From the NCBI GenBank assembly GCA_031835245.2, contig JAVKOQ020000116.1:62001-126000 (forward strand): a DNA stretch of 64,000 nt, written 5' to 3'. This DNA comes from Balamuthia mandrillaris. Its lineage: Eukaryota. This document shows positions 38,556-52,392 of the stretch, one piece after another (position 1 is the stretch's first letter; each line of letters begins with the position of its first letter). Below the pieces are notes generated by a model, which saw only the letters and a list, made by a program, of their open reading frames with translations, was not told the origin of the DNA and made no database searches. The translations under genes were made by a program, and so were the position numbers.

Positions 38556-41533
38556 TCATTGCGGAACAAGAAGAAGGAGAGAGTAAGGGCCTACGGACAA
38601 GACGCCCATGTTGCAGTGGTGGGTGGGGTCCCAAGCGGCGTGCACTTCAGTGCCGCCGATGTTCCCAAAATCGTGGCAGTAGCCCTTCCAGTCGCTGTTG
38701 AAGAGGACGGCCCAAGCGCCCGCTGTCGGCATGCGCACGTTGTACTGGTCCCATTCTCCGTCTCCAAAGTTAGCCACAACTACCACGTCGTTTGCATCGC
38801 CCTTGTTAGTCTTGTCGTCGTAGCGATGGTACACCATCACCCTAGGTTCCATTAGAGTAAGAGAAAACGGGAGAAGCGGGAGAGGTATTAGAGAAGAGGA
38901 ACTACAAACCTGTTCTTGTCATCCCTTTGCAAAACGCGGATGCCAAGTCCCTTTAAAGCCGGCAATGATGTTCTCCAGCGTATTAAATCCCGATAGAGGC
39001 GTAGTATACCCCTTCTCATCGTTAATTCCATATGGCCTCGTTTGTTGGAATTGGTTTGGCTATGGGTCACTTGCCTTTTCCATTCGGCATCCTCTTGTTC
39101 GTCACCTTCCTGACGGTAACATGCTTCTATTTCTGACCAACAAAAAGTGCGGCCGTTGCCTTGTGGATAATAGAAAGAGGTGCACTCGAACCATTCCTGG
39201 CCCATGAAGAGCATCGGAATGGAAGGAGTGGTCAGCAGCACGCACGAAGCCAACAGAGTCTTCTTTCTTGCCAACCAGCCAGTTGGTTGTGCTCGAGAAA
39301 TGCGCACAGGAAAGCGTTCATAAGTAACCTTTGATAAAAAAAACCAATAAGTAAGGATGAGGCCTGCACCCAATAAAGAAGTTGGGCTCGCACCTTGTCA
39401 TGATTCTCAATGTAGATAATGCGCTGAAAGGAGGGACTGCAATCAGTGAACCGATGTTTGATCGTTTCCTCGACAACGTGTATAGGATACAAGAAACAAA
39501 GTGCATCTCGAATGGAGTTGTAAAATACTTCTTCCCACTGTGCGTCAAATCCCAGGCAACGCGCAGATCCATCCCGCACCACCTTGCTGTCATTCTGTAA
39601 GTCCTCCACCATTGAGAAGGCTCCCAACGAGGCTGCTGTCGCTGTTATCTTCTGTAGCAAAGTCCATCCATCCTCAATGTCGAACCCAGTTTTCTCCCAA
39701 TGTGTGCGACGGATAGTTACGCTACCATCCACCCGTATGCCATCCACCTAAATTCCAATAAAAACAAATGTCAAAAGGCTGAGAACTAGACAGGAATTCA
39801 AACTTGCCTTGTACTCGCTAATCCAATGGCTAACGTTGTCGAGAATCATTCGCCGGACGCCAGACAAACCAAAGTGTGGGCGAGGACCCCAAGGTGTGTG
39901 CCGAATGTCTCCTATAACGTCCGGTTTAGCCTCTTGTTCTTCTCCATCAGTGGAGGCGTCTCCCACTGCCCCCTTCAATTCCTGATTCTGGTCCATGTCT
40001 TCTTCTGAGGATTGCTGGTTGTGATCGTAGTAAAAGTAAGAAGCCGGGAGTAGATGACCAGCACTCAAGTGGTTATAGACGACATCTAGGATGACGCCCA
40101 ATCCAAGCTGATGTGCAGTCTCCACGAAATCTGCAAAGTCTTCCGGTGTGCCATAGATTGGGCTCACCGCGAAGAGATGGCAAGGACCATAACCCCATTG
40201 CATCTCGATGCCATGTTCCTCGTTCACATAGCTTTCGTTCTCTTCCTCTTTGGTCGAATCCTCCCATTTACTCTTGTCGAAGGATGCCCGTTTAGTCCAA
40301 AGGTGAATAGGCATTAGCTCGATCATGTTGACTCCCAACGAACGGATCTTTGGCAAGAAGCGTTTTGCTCCTGCAAATGTTCCCTCCCTGGACAGGCTTC
40401 CAACATGAAGCTCATAGATCACCATCTCATTCAAAGGTGGTCGCACGAAAGAGGAATGCTGTAGGTGATGGTGGTAGTGGGAACGCGGTGGTGGGGTCAA
40501 GACTGCGTTGAACACTCGAGAGCGAATGCGGCGGGCGTATGGGTCGGTCACCATTTCTCTCTGGTTGATGCGATACTTGTATTCATCCCCAGGTTTTGCG
40601 TAGGACAGATACACGCTCCATAGTTCTCTATTATCGTCATCCGTATGGCTATGCATTCGGTTGATAGGATGGTCAGTAATGATGGTAGCCTCAAAAGAAC
40701 AAACAAATAGCAATAACAGAGAGAGAGAGAGAGGGAGAGGAGGGAATAAGAAGAGAGAAGTCATCTTACAAGTATCTCCGGGCTGAAAAAAACGTATTCC
40801 AATACCCAAAGCTGCCCACAAGCTCCACAGTATCAACTGGACGGCCTAACCACAACCTGAAGACAGCTCCTCCATGCTTGCTTCTTTCCTGTTTGACTCG
40901 AAACTAAGCACCAGGAATAAAGAACGGAGAGAAAAGACAAGCGAAGAAGAGAGGCTGGAGAAAAGAGAAGCGTACGCCAAGAGGAGCCTCCTCAGTGCAA
41001 AGTGTGGCGCCTCTATGGAAACGCGCGTGGCTCAATGCGCTACCAACAAGGTTGATGAGTTCAAAGCTACTTTTGCTGCGCGACCACTGACCAGTGGGAA
41101 GAGAAAGGGAGCAACGTACTCAGTACAAGAAGCAGGTCGAGGAAGGGCGGCAAAGGAATAGTCACGAGTGCCTCCAAAGCGCAAACGCTTGTCCTCGTAA
41201 AACATGAACTCGACCGAAGTAGCCTCGGAGGGCACCGCATACTCCACCGTCCACAGCTGTCCTCTTTCCTTTCGATAAACCAGCGGCAAGTCTTCCACCT
41301 GCACGCCTCCTTGGTGAGCGCAAGTGGAAAAGACAACAACAAGGGGAGAGGGGACCACCAACGTTTGTCCAGTGGTTGAACCCAATGCGCAGCACGAGCC
41401 CACGTTTGGGGGCTTCCTCCTCGAGTGACCACGCCAGCGGCACAAAAGTGATTTGGCAGGTTTCGCCCGCCTGCAAGGGATAGGGCGCTATGGCCACCGC
41501 CGAATTGGCAAAGAACGCTGCGTGCTTGGACAT
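38556..41533 (-). CDS. GH13 alpha-glucan enzyme (branching enzyme/trehalohydrolase-like) with N-terminal starch-binding module and CBM48-like domain, spliced
   Basis: N-terminal LRIGFNHWTN; YKYRI...DPYAR; IYELHVG; WGYGP; DVVYNH; catalytic DGIRVDG, MVED, ENHD; PMLFMGQE. Confidence 0.85.
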
Positions 41534-42128
41534 GTTTTCTCCTCTCCGCTCACGATACACAAAGAAAACAAGAAGAAAACAACAAGAAGGAGACCAGGCT
41601 ACACTTGCACCACAACAACCTGCAGCAAGCCCCTTCTCCTCCTCTTCCTGCTGCCTGCTTGCCCCGCGCTCTCTCCCGCTTCATTTTGCTTTCTTGGGAA
41701 TTTCCGCGGAGTTGCCGTTTTGGGGAATGACTCCTCATTGATGGGGTATATTCACGACGACATGAAAAAATACGCTATCATTATCATTATATTTTCCTGT
41801 GTCGACGTGATCAGCAGGCCACCCGGAAGGAAGGGAAGAACCGGGAGAAAGCACGTTGCGATTAGAGGGAGAACGCGAAGGAAGGCCCCCTTCCCCCCCT
41901 CCCCTCTGCTGCTCTGCTTTTTGCCGCACAACTCATCACCATCGCCATCCACCCAAGGTAAGGAGCAGCAAACAACAAGTCAGGTTGGCCGCTTAAGCGG
42001 ACGGCCTCCTTCTTCTGAGAAAAAGCTCTTCCTAATTGTTCTGCGAACAGTATATACCACGCATGCGCGCACACACTGAAGGCAGAACCCAACAAAAGCC
42101 ATTCCTTTGTTAAACTAAAAACGGTTCC

Positions 42129-42587
42129 ATGCAAGCGCCTTCACTAAGCATGGAAGAGGAGCGTGCTCTGCCGCTCCACAAGCACAAGTTGGTGGCGGAG
42201 GAGGACGCGAGGGTGGAAGAAGAGGAAGAAACAGGAGCGTCAGCGGACCCCGCCAGTCCCTTTCGCAGCCTCCCATTTGATAACTTGGCCATACGTTCCT
42301 TGCCCATCGATCCGGTTTTCAAGAACCACACGCGACAGGTTTCTCTCTTCTCTACCTCCTCCTTTCTTACACTAACAGCAAGGCACGCTTAGGTGCCGAA
42401 TGCATGCTTTTCGTTGGTGAGGCCAACCCGAGTGGAACAACCGAGGCTGGTCGTGGCATCCACCTCCGCTCTTGCCCTCATAGGCTTTCCTGCAGAAGCC
42501 ATAGAAGAGTATCCCGAGGAGATGGCAACCTATTTTTCTGGCAACAGGTAACTTGCTTCTCCAAAGTCGTGTTCAAAACGAGGGGAA

Positions 42588-42633
<46 letters not shown>

Positions 42634-44074
42634 GAAGAGAGAATAAGCCGAAAAAACATGTCAGTGCCGCCTATTGCTAACACCAAGCTTCTCAACAGAG
42701 TCTTGAAGGGAGCGAGGCCAGCAGCACACTGTTATTGTGGCCACCAATTTGGATACTTTTCAGGTCAGTTGGGAGATGGGGCGACCATGTATCTCGGCGA
42801 GATAGTCAATCACAAGGGAGAGCGATGGGAGATCCAGTTTAAAGGGGCTGGTAAGACTCCTTACTCTCGCACTGCTGATGGTAGAAAAGTCCTTCGCTCC
42901 TCTTTGCGAGAATTCTTATGCAGTGAGGTTTGGATCTTCTCCCTCTCTCTTCTCCCTAGCCCATCTCTTCTCACTCTTTTCTCTCCTCTTATTTTTGTTT
43001 GTAGATATAAGCTAACACCTACAATGAAACAGGCAATCCATCACTTGGGCATCCCAACAACAAGAGCTGGCACCTGTGTCACCTCGTCCTCTTGGGTCAA
43101 ACGGGACATTTTTTATAATGGCAACCCGAAAGACGAGCGCTGCACAATCATCCTTCGGATAGCCCCCACTTTTCTGCGCTTCGGCAGCTTTGAGATCTTC
43201 AAGGGCACCGACGAGTATACTGGAAGAACCGGACCAAGCGAAGGTAATAAGGCTATCCTGTTGCAACTCCTGCATTACACCATACGTACCTTCTACCCCG
43301 AAATATGGAGTAAGTACCACGCTCCTCCCGACCAAGACAAGGTCAACATGGAGAGAGAGCATGATGCAGATGTGGAAAATACTTTTATCAACGAGGAGAT
43401 GTATCTTGAATTCTACCAGGAGGTGGTACTGCGCACAGCTCGACTGGTAGCGGCGTGGCAGTGCGTTGGTTGGTGCCATGGAGTGCTTAATACCGACAAC
43501 ATGAGCATTTTGGGACTTACCATCGATTATGGTCCATTTGGTTTCATGGAAAGCTTTGACCCTCATTACATTTGCAATGGCTCTGATAATGAAGGCCGGT
43601 ACTCTTATGAGGTTTGTTTTCTAGTCTTGTTTTTTTTTTGTTCGTTTTGAGGGTTGTTATCCTAATGATTCTTCCATCTTCCCTTGAACAGAACCAACCA
43701 GAAATGTGTCACTGGAATTGTTTAAAACTGGCAGAGGCATTGGAAATGGTTCTTCCTCTCGCGAAGTCTAAACCCCTTCTGGAGAACACTTTTATGACTG
43801 AATTCCGTCGTGCATACCATGAAAAGATGAGACAAAAAGTATATTTTTTTCTAAGATTTATGCAGTACATGGTCACCTTTTGTAATGACTCTCTCTCTCT
43901 CCCTCTCAGCTTGGATTGTTAAACAAGGATTGGCCAGGGGATACCGAGTTGATCAAGTCCTTGCTCGACACAATGCACGAGACAGGCGCGGATTGGACCA
44001 ACACCCTCCGGTCTCTGGCTCGTATTTCTATTCCCAAGCCTTCACAAGCCACAAAATATACCCCTAAGGTTTGC

Positions 44075-44116
<42 letters not shown>

Positions 44117-44868
44117 ACTTGTTTCATGTTTTAAAGGTTTTTCAATTCACTCACTGCAGGAACCACAAGAGGAAAAGGAGAAAGAAGCAGAGGAGGTCGA
44201 AGGAGAGGAGGAAGACCAAGAAATAGAAGACCTGATACAATATCTCTACACCCAAATGCTCAGTGCCTCCCAATTGAAAAAGAGAGAGGCTCCCTCTATC
44301 CCGATCGACAAATTGAAAGGCCTGCTGCGGATCGCTCAACAAGACCCTCGCATGTTAGCTCTATTCGGGCTTCAGAATCCCGCTATGTTGCTCACTGAAT
44401 GGGAGAAATGGAAGAAAGCCAAACTGCTTGAAGACTTGACTCCTGAAAAGAAGAGAAAGCGTGACGCTCATCTTTGGCGGAAATGGTTGCGCTCTTACAA
44501 ACATCGTCTGTCCATGGAAGCACAGAGCGATGATGGTACGTCTTTTCGCTCTATTATCATGGGTTTGTATTCTCTGATGCTACCCTCATTTTTTTGTTTT
44601 TACTTTAGAAGTTGAAGAGCTGAATAAGAAACGCGTATCCGTAATGAACCTGAGTAATCCAAAGTACATCCTGCGAAACTGGATAGCCCAACGAGCTATC
44701 GAAGCAGCTGAAGAGGGCAATTATGACGAAGCTAAACACCTGCTTCGTATATTGGAAGATCCTTACGCTCAACAACCCATTACAGACGAATTGGCTGAGC
44801 AGGATGGCCGACACTACGGTCGTTCTGCGCCAGAAGAGCTTGACATTTGTGTTACCTGATCTTCATAA
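42129..44868 (+). CDS. SELENOO: Selenoprotein O (pseudokinase-fold protein adenylyltransferase), spliced; TGA 44857-44859 = Sec
   Basis: YCGHQFGYFSGQLGDG, KGAGKTPYSR.ADGRKVLRSS.REFLCSE, HGVLNTDNMS, DYGPFGF, NPKYILRNW; ends TGT GTT ACC TGA TCT TCA TAA = CVTUSS. Confidence 0.93.
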
Positions 44869-44920
44869 GCACCTCCTTTTTCCATTTAACTTGGCCTCTG
44901 CTCTTTGTTCTACGTGCGTT

Positions 44921-44953
<33 letters not shown>

Positions 44954-44983
44954 AACCTCTCTCTCTCTCTCTCTCTCTAACCT

Positions 44984-45042
<59 letters not shown>

Positions 45043-45105
45043 CACAATAACAGAAGATAAAGGGCAGAGAAGGAGGTGCTGATGGATAATTCTTCCGGAC
45101 AATAG

Positions 45106-45280
45106 TGGAAGGATGGAAGCCTGCATGAAGAGCCAACCCCAAAGCTCCTAATTGCTGGAGACGGGTTGTGTCTCTTTGTCGCCTTTTTTGTTTTTTCTTT
45201 GCATTGCAGAGAAAAGCACAACAGCTGACAACAGAGAGAGGCTCTGACAGCTCTATTTTGGAGTTGCTTCCTTCCATCCA
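45106..45280 (+). promoter_or_regulatory. SECIS element (type II-like) in SelO 3' UTR, interrupted by a 72-nt insertion
   Basis: ATGAA 45125-45129, AAA 45141-45143 (12 nt after ATGA), apical mini-stem CTCC/GGAG; helix GAGCCAACCC pairs with GGGTTG (45163-68) + GCTC (45241-44); TGAC 45245-48; lower helix GGAAGC/GCTTCC. Confidence 0.7.
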
Positions 45281-45397
45281 TTCATCCACTTTTAGCTGTT
45301 GCTAAGCGGATGAATGGGATTTCACTAACATCTGCAGAAAGAGCAAGAAGACGTATGTAAATAAATAGACTTTATGTTCATAACGTCAAACATGAAA

Positions 45398-45650
45398 CTA
45401 GGCCCAATAGTTATAAGCGAAGCCTTCGTAGTCCAGCTCATCCAAGTTAGTGAGCGGCTTGCCACTACCAAAGACCTTTGCTTCGTAGGCGAGCAGCTGC
45501 TGCATGAATCCGTGGTTGGGGCAAATGACTTGCCGCCTCGTCTTCACGTGCTGATAGGCTTCCTTCAGAGTCCATCGGTGTGCTCTCATCAAGTAGGCCA
45601 GTGTGATTGTGGTGGACCTGCTCACTCCTTTGTCCTTCCCTCATCAGCAC

Positions 45651-45698
<48 letters not shown>

Positions 45699-45834
45699 GG
45701 TTGTACCAGCGTGGCAGTGAATGAGCACCCGATGAGACTGTTTACGAGCGTCCTCTGCTTCAACAATTTAGGAGAGCTAAGCGAGAAGAGATAGAGATAG
45801 AGAGAGAGAGAGAGAGAGATACAGAGAGAGAGAG

Positions 45835-45893
<59 letters not shown>

Positions 45894-47140
45894 GAGAGAC
45901 AGAGACAGACAGAGAGAGACAGAGAGAGAGACAGAGAGAGACAGAGAGAGACAGAGAGACAGAGAGACAGAGAGACAGAGAGAGACAGAGAGAAGAGGAG
46001 ACGTCAAACCAATGAACTGGAAGGAAGTATCAAAGTGACTGGCAATATCCACCATTGGGATGTCTTCCACTCGGACATGTAGGTGCCTTAGCTTCTTACG
46101 GTATGCAGCAACAGAGTCAGCAGCGTCCTCCTCTTCTTGTTGAAAGAGAGAACCACCAGTACAGTTGACCACACAACGAATATCCCAGTGAGCAAGAGCG
46201 ACAATATTATGGGCACTATCCCAGTCTCCCAAGAACAGAAAGTCATCGTAAACCATGGATGGCCAACTTGAAGGAACGTTCCCGATGCTTGCATCTGCAT
46301 CACCATGTTGGGAAGAGGAGGAGGTGGTGGTGGTGGTGCACAGGAAAGGAAACTGTTTGGCGAATGCTGCCAAGCCCTCCTTCATGAGGTAGATCGTTTT
46401 GAGGTCGTGTTCATGCTTGTGCCGCTTCAGCACCTCCACAAAGCGACGCATTACACCTTCAGCCTCCGCCGTCTCGATCTCTTCTTCCTCTTCCTGCCCG
46501 ACCTTCTCGTTGCTCTGTTTTTCAAGATCTGATGTTGGAGGAAAGTCACTGACGAGGAGGACGCAGTCCATCGACCTCTCTCCGAACTTTGTGACAAAGG
46601 CTTGCCATAGCTGAACGTCCCAATCGTCTTCTTCTCCTTCTTCCTCTTGCTCTTGCTCTTCCTCTTCTTCCTGCTCCTTCCTTTCTTCTGTCTCCTCTTC
46701 CTCTTCGTCTTCTTCTTCTGTCTCCTGAACTGCTGTCGAGAGAGAAGAACTTGGAGTGCGGATGGGAGGAGGCAAGGCAAACGGCACTGAAGCAGTGAGG
46801 TGCAGCTCTGCAAAGGCACTCTGTGGTCGTACGTCTATCACACACAACCTGTTTGTTGTTGTCGTTGTTGCTGTTAACCGACAAGTGGGAGGGGACGGCA
46901 GAGGCCTGCATACCCAAACAAGCTACAGCTCAACAGGTTATAGGTCTGCAAGGCGGAGAGCTCTTTCACTTCCAGGCCGCTTTCTGCAGCCTTTTGCTTC
47001 TTTGTGTAATAGGAGCTGTTGCCGCGCACCCCTCCTTTCCCTTTTCTTCTTCTTGCCTTGGCTTTGCTTGCCTTTTTGCCTGGCGGGGCCTCGCCTCCTC
47101 CTCCTCTTTTGTTGGCTGCTTTGCCCTCTCCTCTTTGCAT
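45398..47140 (-). CDS. Dual-specificity phosphatase with N-terminal rhodanese-like domain (MAP kinase phosphatase-like), spliced
   Basis: VIDVRPQSAFAELHL and LMKEGLAAFAKQFP (rhodanese); FLFLGD, VEDIP, HCHAG/VSRS active site; PNHGFMQQL. Confidence 0.88.
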
Positions 47141-47331
47141 TTTACTTTCTTTTTTATTTCGTTTGCTCGAAGATGGCACCTAGGCTCCCTCGTGAACCAA
47201 GTCTTGGTTGCACGCTGGGCCTGCGACTTGCACTCTTGTGATGAAGAAAAGCTGCACCACCACAAAAGTTTTATATTCAAAAAGTTGGGGTAACCTCAGG
47301 CAGAGCTCCCTGTGAGCCGTCAGCCTCCTCA

Positions 47332-49561
47332 TCACCGAGCTCCTTCATACTTAAACTGGCAGATGAGGATGCTGTTTCCTCAGATCCCAGCGTACTGCTG
47401 CTGCTATTCCCGAAGTGGTTGGCCTTGGAGCCTTCTGTTGCGAGCCATGGTTGTAAGCGAAATGGTGTGAGAGTAAATCTAAAGAGAGAGAGGAGTACGT
47501 TGGTCTCGGCGTGTCTTGGATAGAGTGCGCCGGCGGGTCCATTCTCGCTTTTGGGTGTGTGCCCTCAAGACGTTCCATCTCTCCTCATTCCCGTTGGCAT
47601 GAAGGAGCCCTCTAATGAGGCTTTGCCAATAGCGGAACGTCTTCTCGGAGCAACCAACAGCAAAGAAAACACAGAATCCTATGCTGCTCATGACGATAGA
47701 ATTGAACAGTGTCATGCCATAGCTTGGCTTCTCTTCTAACTCACACTCCGTCCCTGTGTAGGCGCTGCAGTATATCTGTTGAGATTGTCAGGATAATATC
47801 CTCATTTGCTAAAGCAATGAAAGCTACTTGCCTGGTCTTCAATGGAGTCCTGCACTTTCTCTTTGATGGCACTACCATAGAAGCGGTACACTATGATGGA
47901 AGCGCCCATCAACCAATAGATGCCAAGGAGAACGAGGATTCGAATGAATTGTTGCAGAGGCATGTTGCCTTGCAGGTTGAATTTATACGTGCGCTGGAGA
48001 ATGGAAGCAAATGTAAGAAGACAGAGGATTGGAGAGCGAACTTTAAACATGGAAGGGAAGAAGATACCAGGCAGATAGAAACAAGTACGATTACTAAGGA
48101 GACCGACCCTACAATCCAGGTTAAAATGACTAGTAAGGAAAGCTTAGTTGAGAATGTATTCATCAAATGAAATATAACTTCGAGGAGAGAGTGATTACAC
48201 AAAATATGAAAGCACCCATAGGTCCACCAGTCATTATCCTTGTCATAAACAAAACACCAAGGCAAGGTCGGAGAAGCAGAGATCTTGTTCGCAGCCAGAG
48301 GTATAATAGTCATTACAGTGGGAATACTCCAAAAAATCAAATGATACCTGCACCAGCGAAGCACACAACGAACAACAATTAACAGAAATTGTAGCCATAA
48401 AAAGGCGATAGTTTATACTTACAAATGTTTCAGTTTAGCCAAAGTCTCTTGTTTGATCTTCACCACAACCATCAACACTAAGTTAATGCCGACGATTGGC
48501 CACAAAGACCCGGCCCACAAGCCTCCAAATACGATCAGCATTCCTGGATGAGAGTGGAGAGGGTTAACTGTGGAATTCTTTGCTGCGCATCCTTAATCGG
48601 TTAAATAAATACCTTGTAATACACAAGCTAGCCCACCAGCATCTCCCTGACCTACAGCTTGATATTCTCCATCCTCTGAGCACAACACATTCCTCATGCC
48701 TCCAGCAAACAAACCGAGCATCATGCCCAACGTGACAGGTATAGAAGCAGCACAAAGCAGCGGAACCAGATTGGCTGGGAACTGTCTCGTATCAGGGTTG
48801 AGGGCAGCGGTCACCACGTAGAAAACAGACAGCACCAGAGAGATGCTGCTGAACACATTGATGACAATGAACATTGCGTCCCATTCTTCCTCGGTATAGA
48901 CGGGACCAGGGCAGGGATACATGCAGAGGGAGGTTGGATCCTCGGGATCCAGAGCTTCACTTTCGGAGGCATGAAACTCGGTGGGGTAGGGACAATCTGC
49001 TTGAGAGTACGCCACCTCTAGAGAACACCATATGAGCAATGCACACAGGGAAGATGGGATAGGATCAATTCTTACTTTCATCGCTGCCAATGTTACAACT
49101 GCTGTTGGGAAAAAGCGTGGTGACACAAGGAGGAATTGTTTTGCCGGAACCCTCCAAGTCCGCCCTACAAGAGTTGTGGGCAGCCACGCAGAGGGACAAG
49201 CAAGGTGAAATAGCTGTTGAAGCTAAGAGTGAGTGTCGTGAAGAAACTCAAGCAATCATTTGACAAACGCACGTTGGGAATCGTTGGAGCATGTCTTGTA
49301 GATAAAGTGGCATGCCAACTTTAATCCGGCTTGTCTACATTCTTCGGAGACCCAAACACCAAGAGCGCTGGTGTACGGATACACTTGGGCCTCTAGAGCT
49401 TCCCAACTCACGCCGGTAGGCAGATAGACTGCTTGTCCCTGACCCAGTAACAAAGGCAGACATTTTTGGTCCACTTGGTCCCACAGGGATTCTTCCAAAT
49501 ACACACATTCACCACCTGTCATCCAAAACCACAACTCAGCATTTCGAACAAAAGAAGCCGA

Positions 49562-49600
<39 letters not shown>

Positions 49601-49685
49601 TACCTACTCCACCACAACAGCAAAGCAACAGAAGAAGAAAAGAAAGCATACCAACGCACCGGAACGATCCCGAAACTACCTGCAT
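47332..49685 (-). CDS. Frizzled/Smoothened-like (class F) GPCR with CRD, spliced
   Basis: Signal peptide, CRD (ECRQAGLKLACHFIYKTC, PCLSLC), linker CMYPCPGPVYTEEEW, multiple TM segments, KTFRYW after the last TM. Confidence 0.8.
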
Positions 49686-50247
49686 GGCGTAGTTGCTGTA
49701 GTGTTGTTAGCTTGCAACGGTTGTGTTTCTAAAAGACTGACTTCCCGGAGTAACAACAGGTTTTTTTAACAACACGAGTCCATCCAGTTATAATTAACTG
49801 TTAATGTTTTATGAGAACAGAAGGGACCGGTTAGCGTTATCTGCAACCAATTGCTGCTCTGCTGGGGTCATATGCGTAGGAGTACAAGATAGTCAACGCC
49901 TCCTGAAAAAGGAGACCTTTTATTATCCATTTTTCCTTTTATTCGATTAATAAAAAAAGTGAGAGACAGAAAAAGAGAGAGAGAGAGAGACAGAGAGAGA
50001 GACAGAGAGAGACAGAGAGAGGAACTTACGTCAACGAGAACATTGCAGAGGGAAATGGAGCAGGTAATCCAGAACGTACGCCACGGCTTCACGCGGGGAA
50101 ACACAACAGGAGGTCATCGTAAACCATGGATGGCCAGCCTGAAGAAACGTCGGTCTCTTCTCAGTCTCCCTTCCTCTTCCTCCTTGCTGTTCTCTGTGAG
50201 TCTTGCTGTTACTGGATCTGTTGGAGAAGGACGCAGTCCATCGACCT

Positions 50248-51607
<1,360 letters not shown>

Positions 51608-52141
51608 GAGCGCCTATAATGCTCCGCTTGTTGGAATGGCTGGCCCTCCACTTCCGGGTGGCAGCTTCTTTCTCTCTCTTTGGTTTTTTTGTGGACAAAA
51701 TTCGGGTCGACCTGGGGTGTGGTCGACATTAAGGTGCTCCGAAGTAGCAGCTCTACTGCAGGGGTGGTGCACATGTGTCGACATCAATACAACGATATTG
51801 CAGCCATGTTATGTGGGCGGAGCGAGAAAGGGGGAAGAAAAAGCAAACAGCAAAAATAAGCTACAGGGCCACCGCCACCCCCAACCCACCAACCCCATTG
51901 ATCAACGACAACAGCCAACCCACCACCCCTCCAAGGCCTTTCCTTGCGTTGCTTTGCGGTGAGGCCCTCTTTAGAAATCATTTAAAACAAAACACCTCAC
52001 GCTCACTTTCAACAACGATATATTTTTTTTTTAAAAAAAAAAGAAAGGAGGAGCAGAGGGGGAGGGGAGGGGCGCGCCAGTCTCAACAACAAAACCACTG
52101 GTAACTGCTGTAAATAACAAAACGGAAGGAGGAAAACGAGG

Positions 52142-52348
52142 ATGCCCTTCGAGGTGAAGTTGGTTCCGACAAACGGGGGACCAACCCTCGAACTCCCCAA
52201 AGGAAGCACCATACTGGGCCGCAGCCCCAAGTTTGGCATCACGGACCGCCGCGTCAGTCGCAAGCACGCCCAAGTGTTGGTCTCTCAAGAAACCAGTTCG
52301 GTCACGTTGATGTCTGTATGTGCTCCTCTCCCCTCTTTAACTCTCTCC

Positions 52349-52392
<44 letters not shown>

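Noticed and set aside
29804..44868. Functional cluster of AMPylases (Fic and SelO)
   Set aside because: Separated by unrelated housekeeping genes; no evidence of co-regulation in a gene-dense eukaryotic genome.
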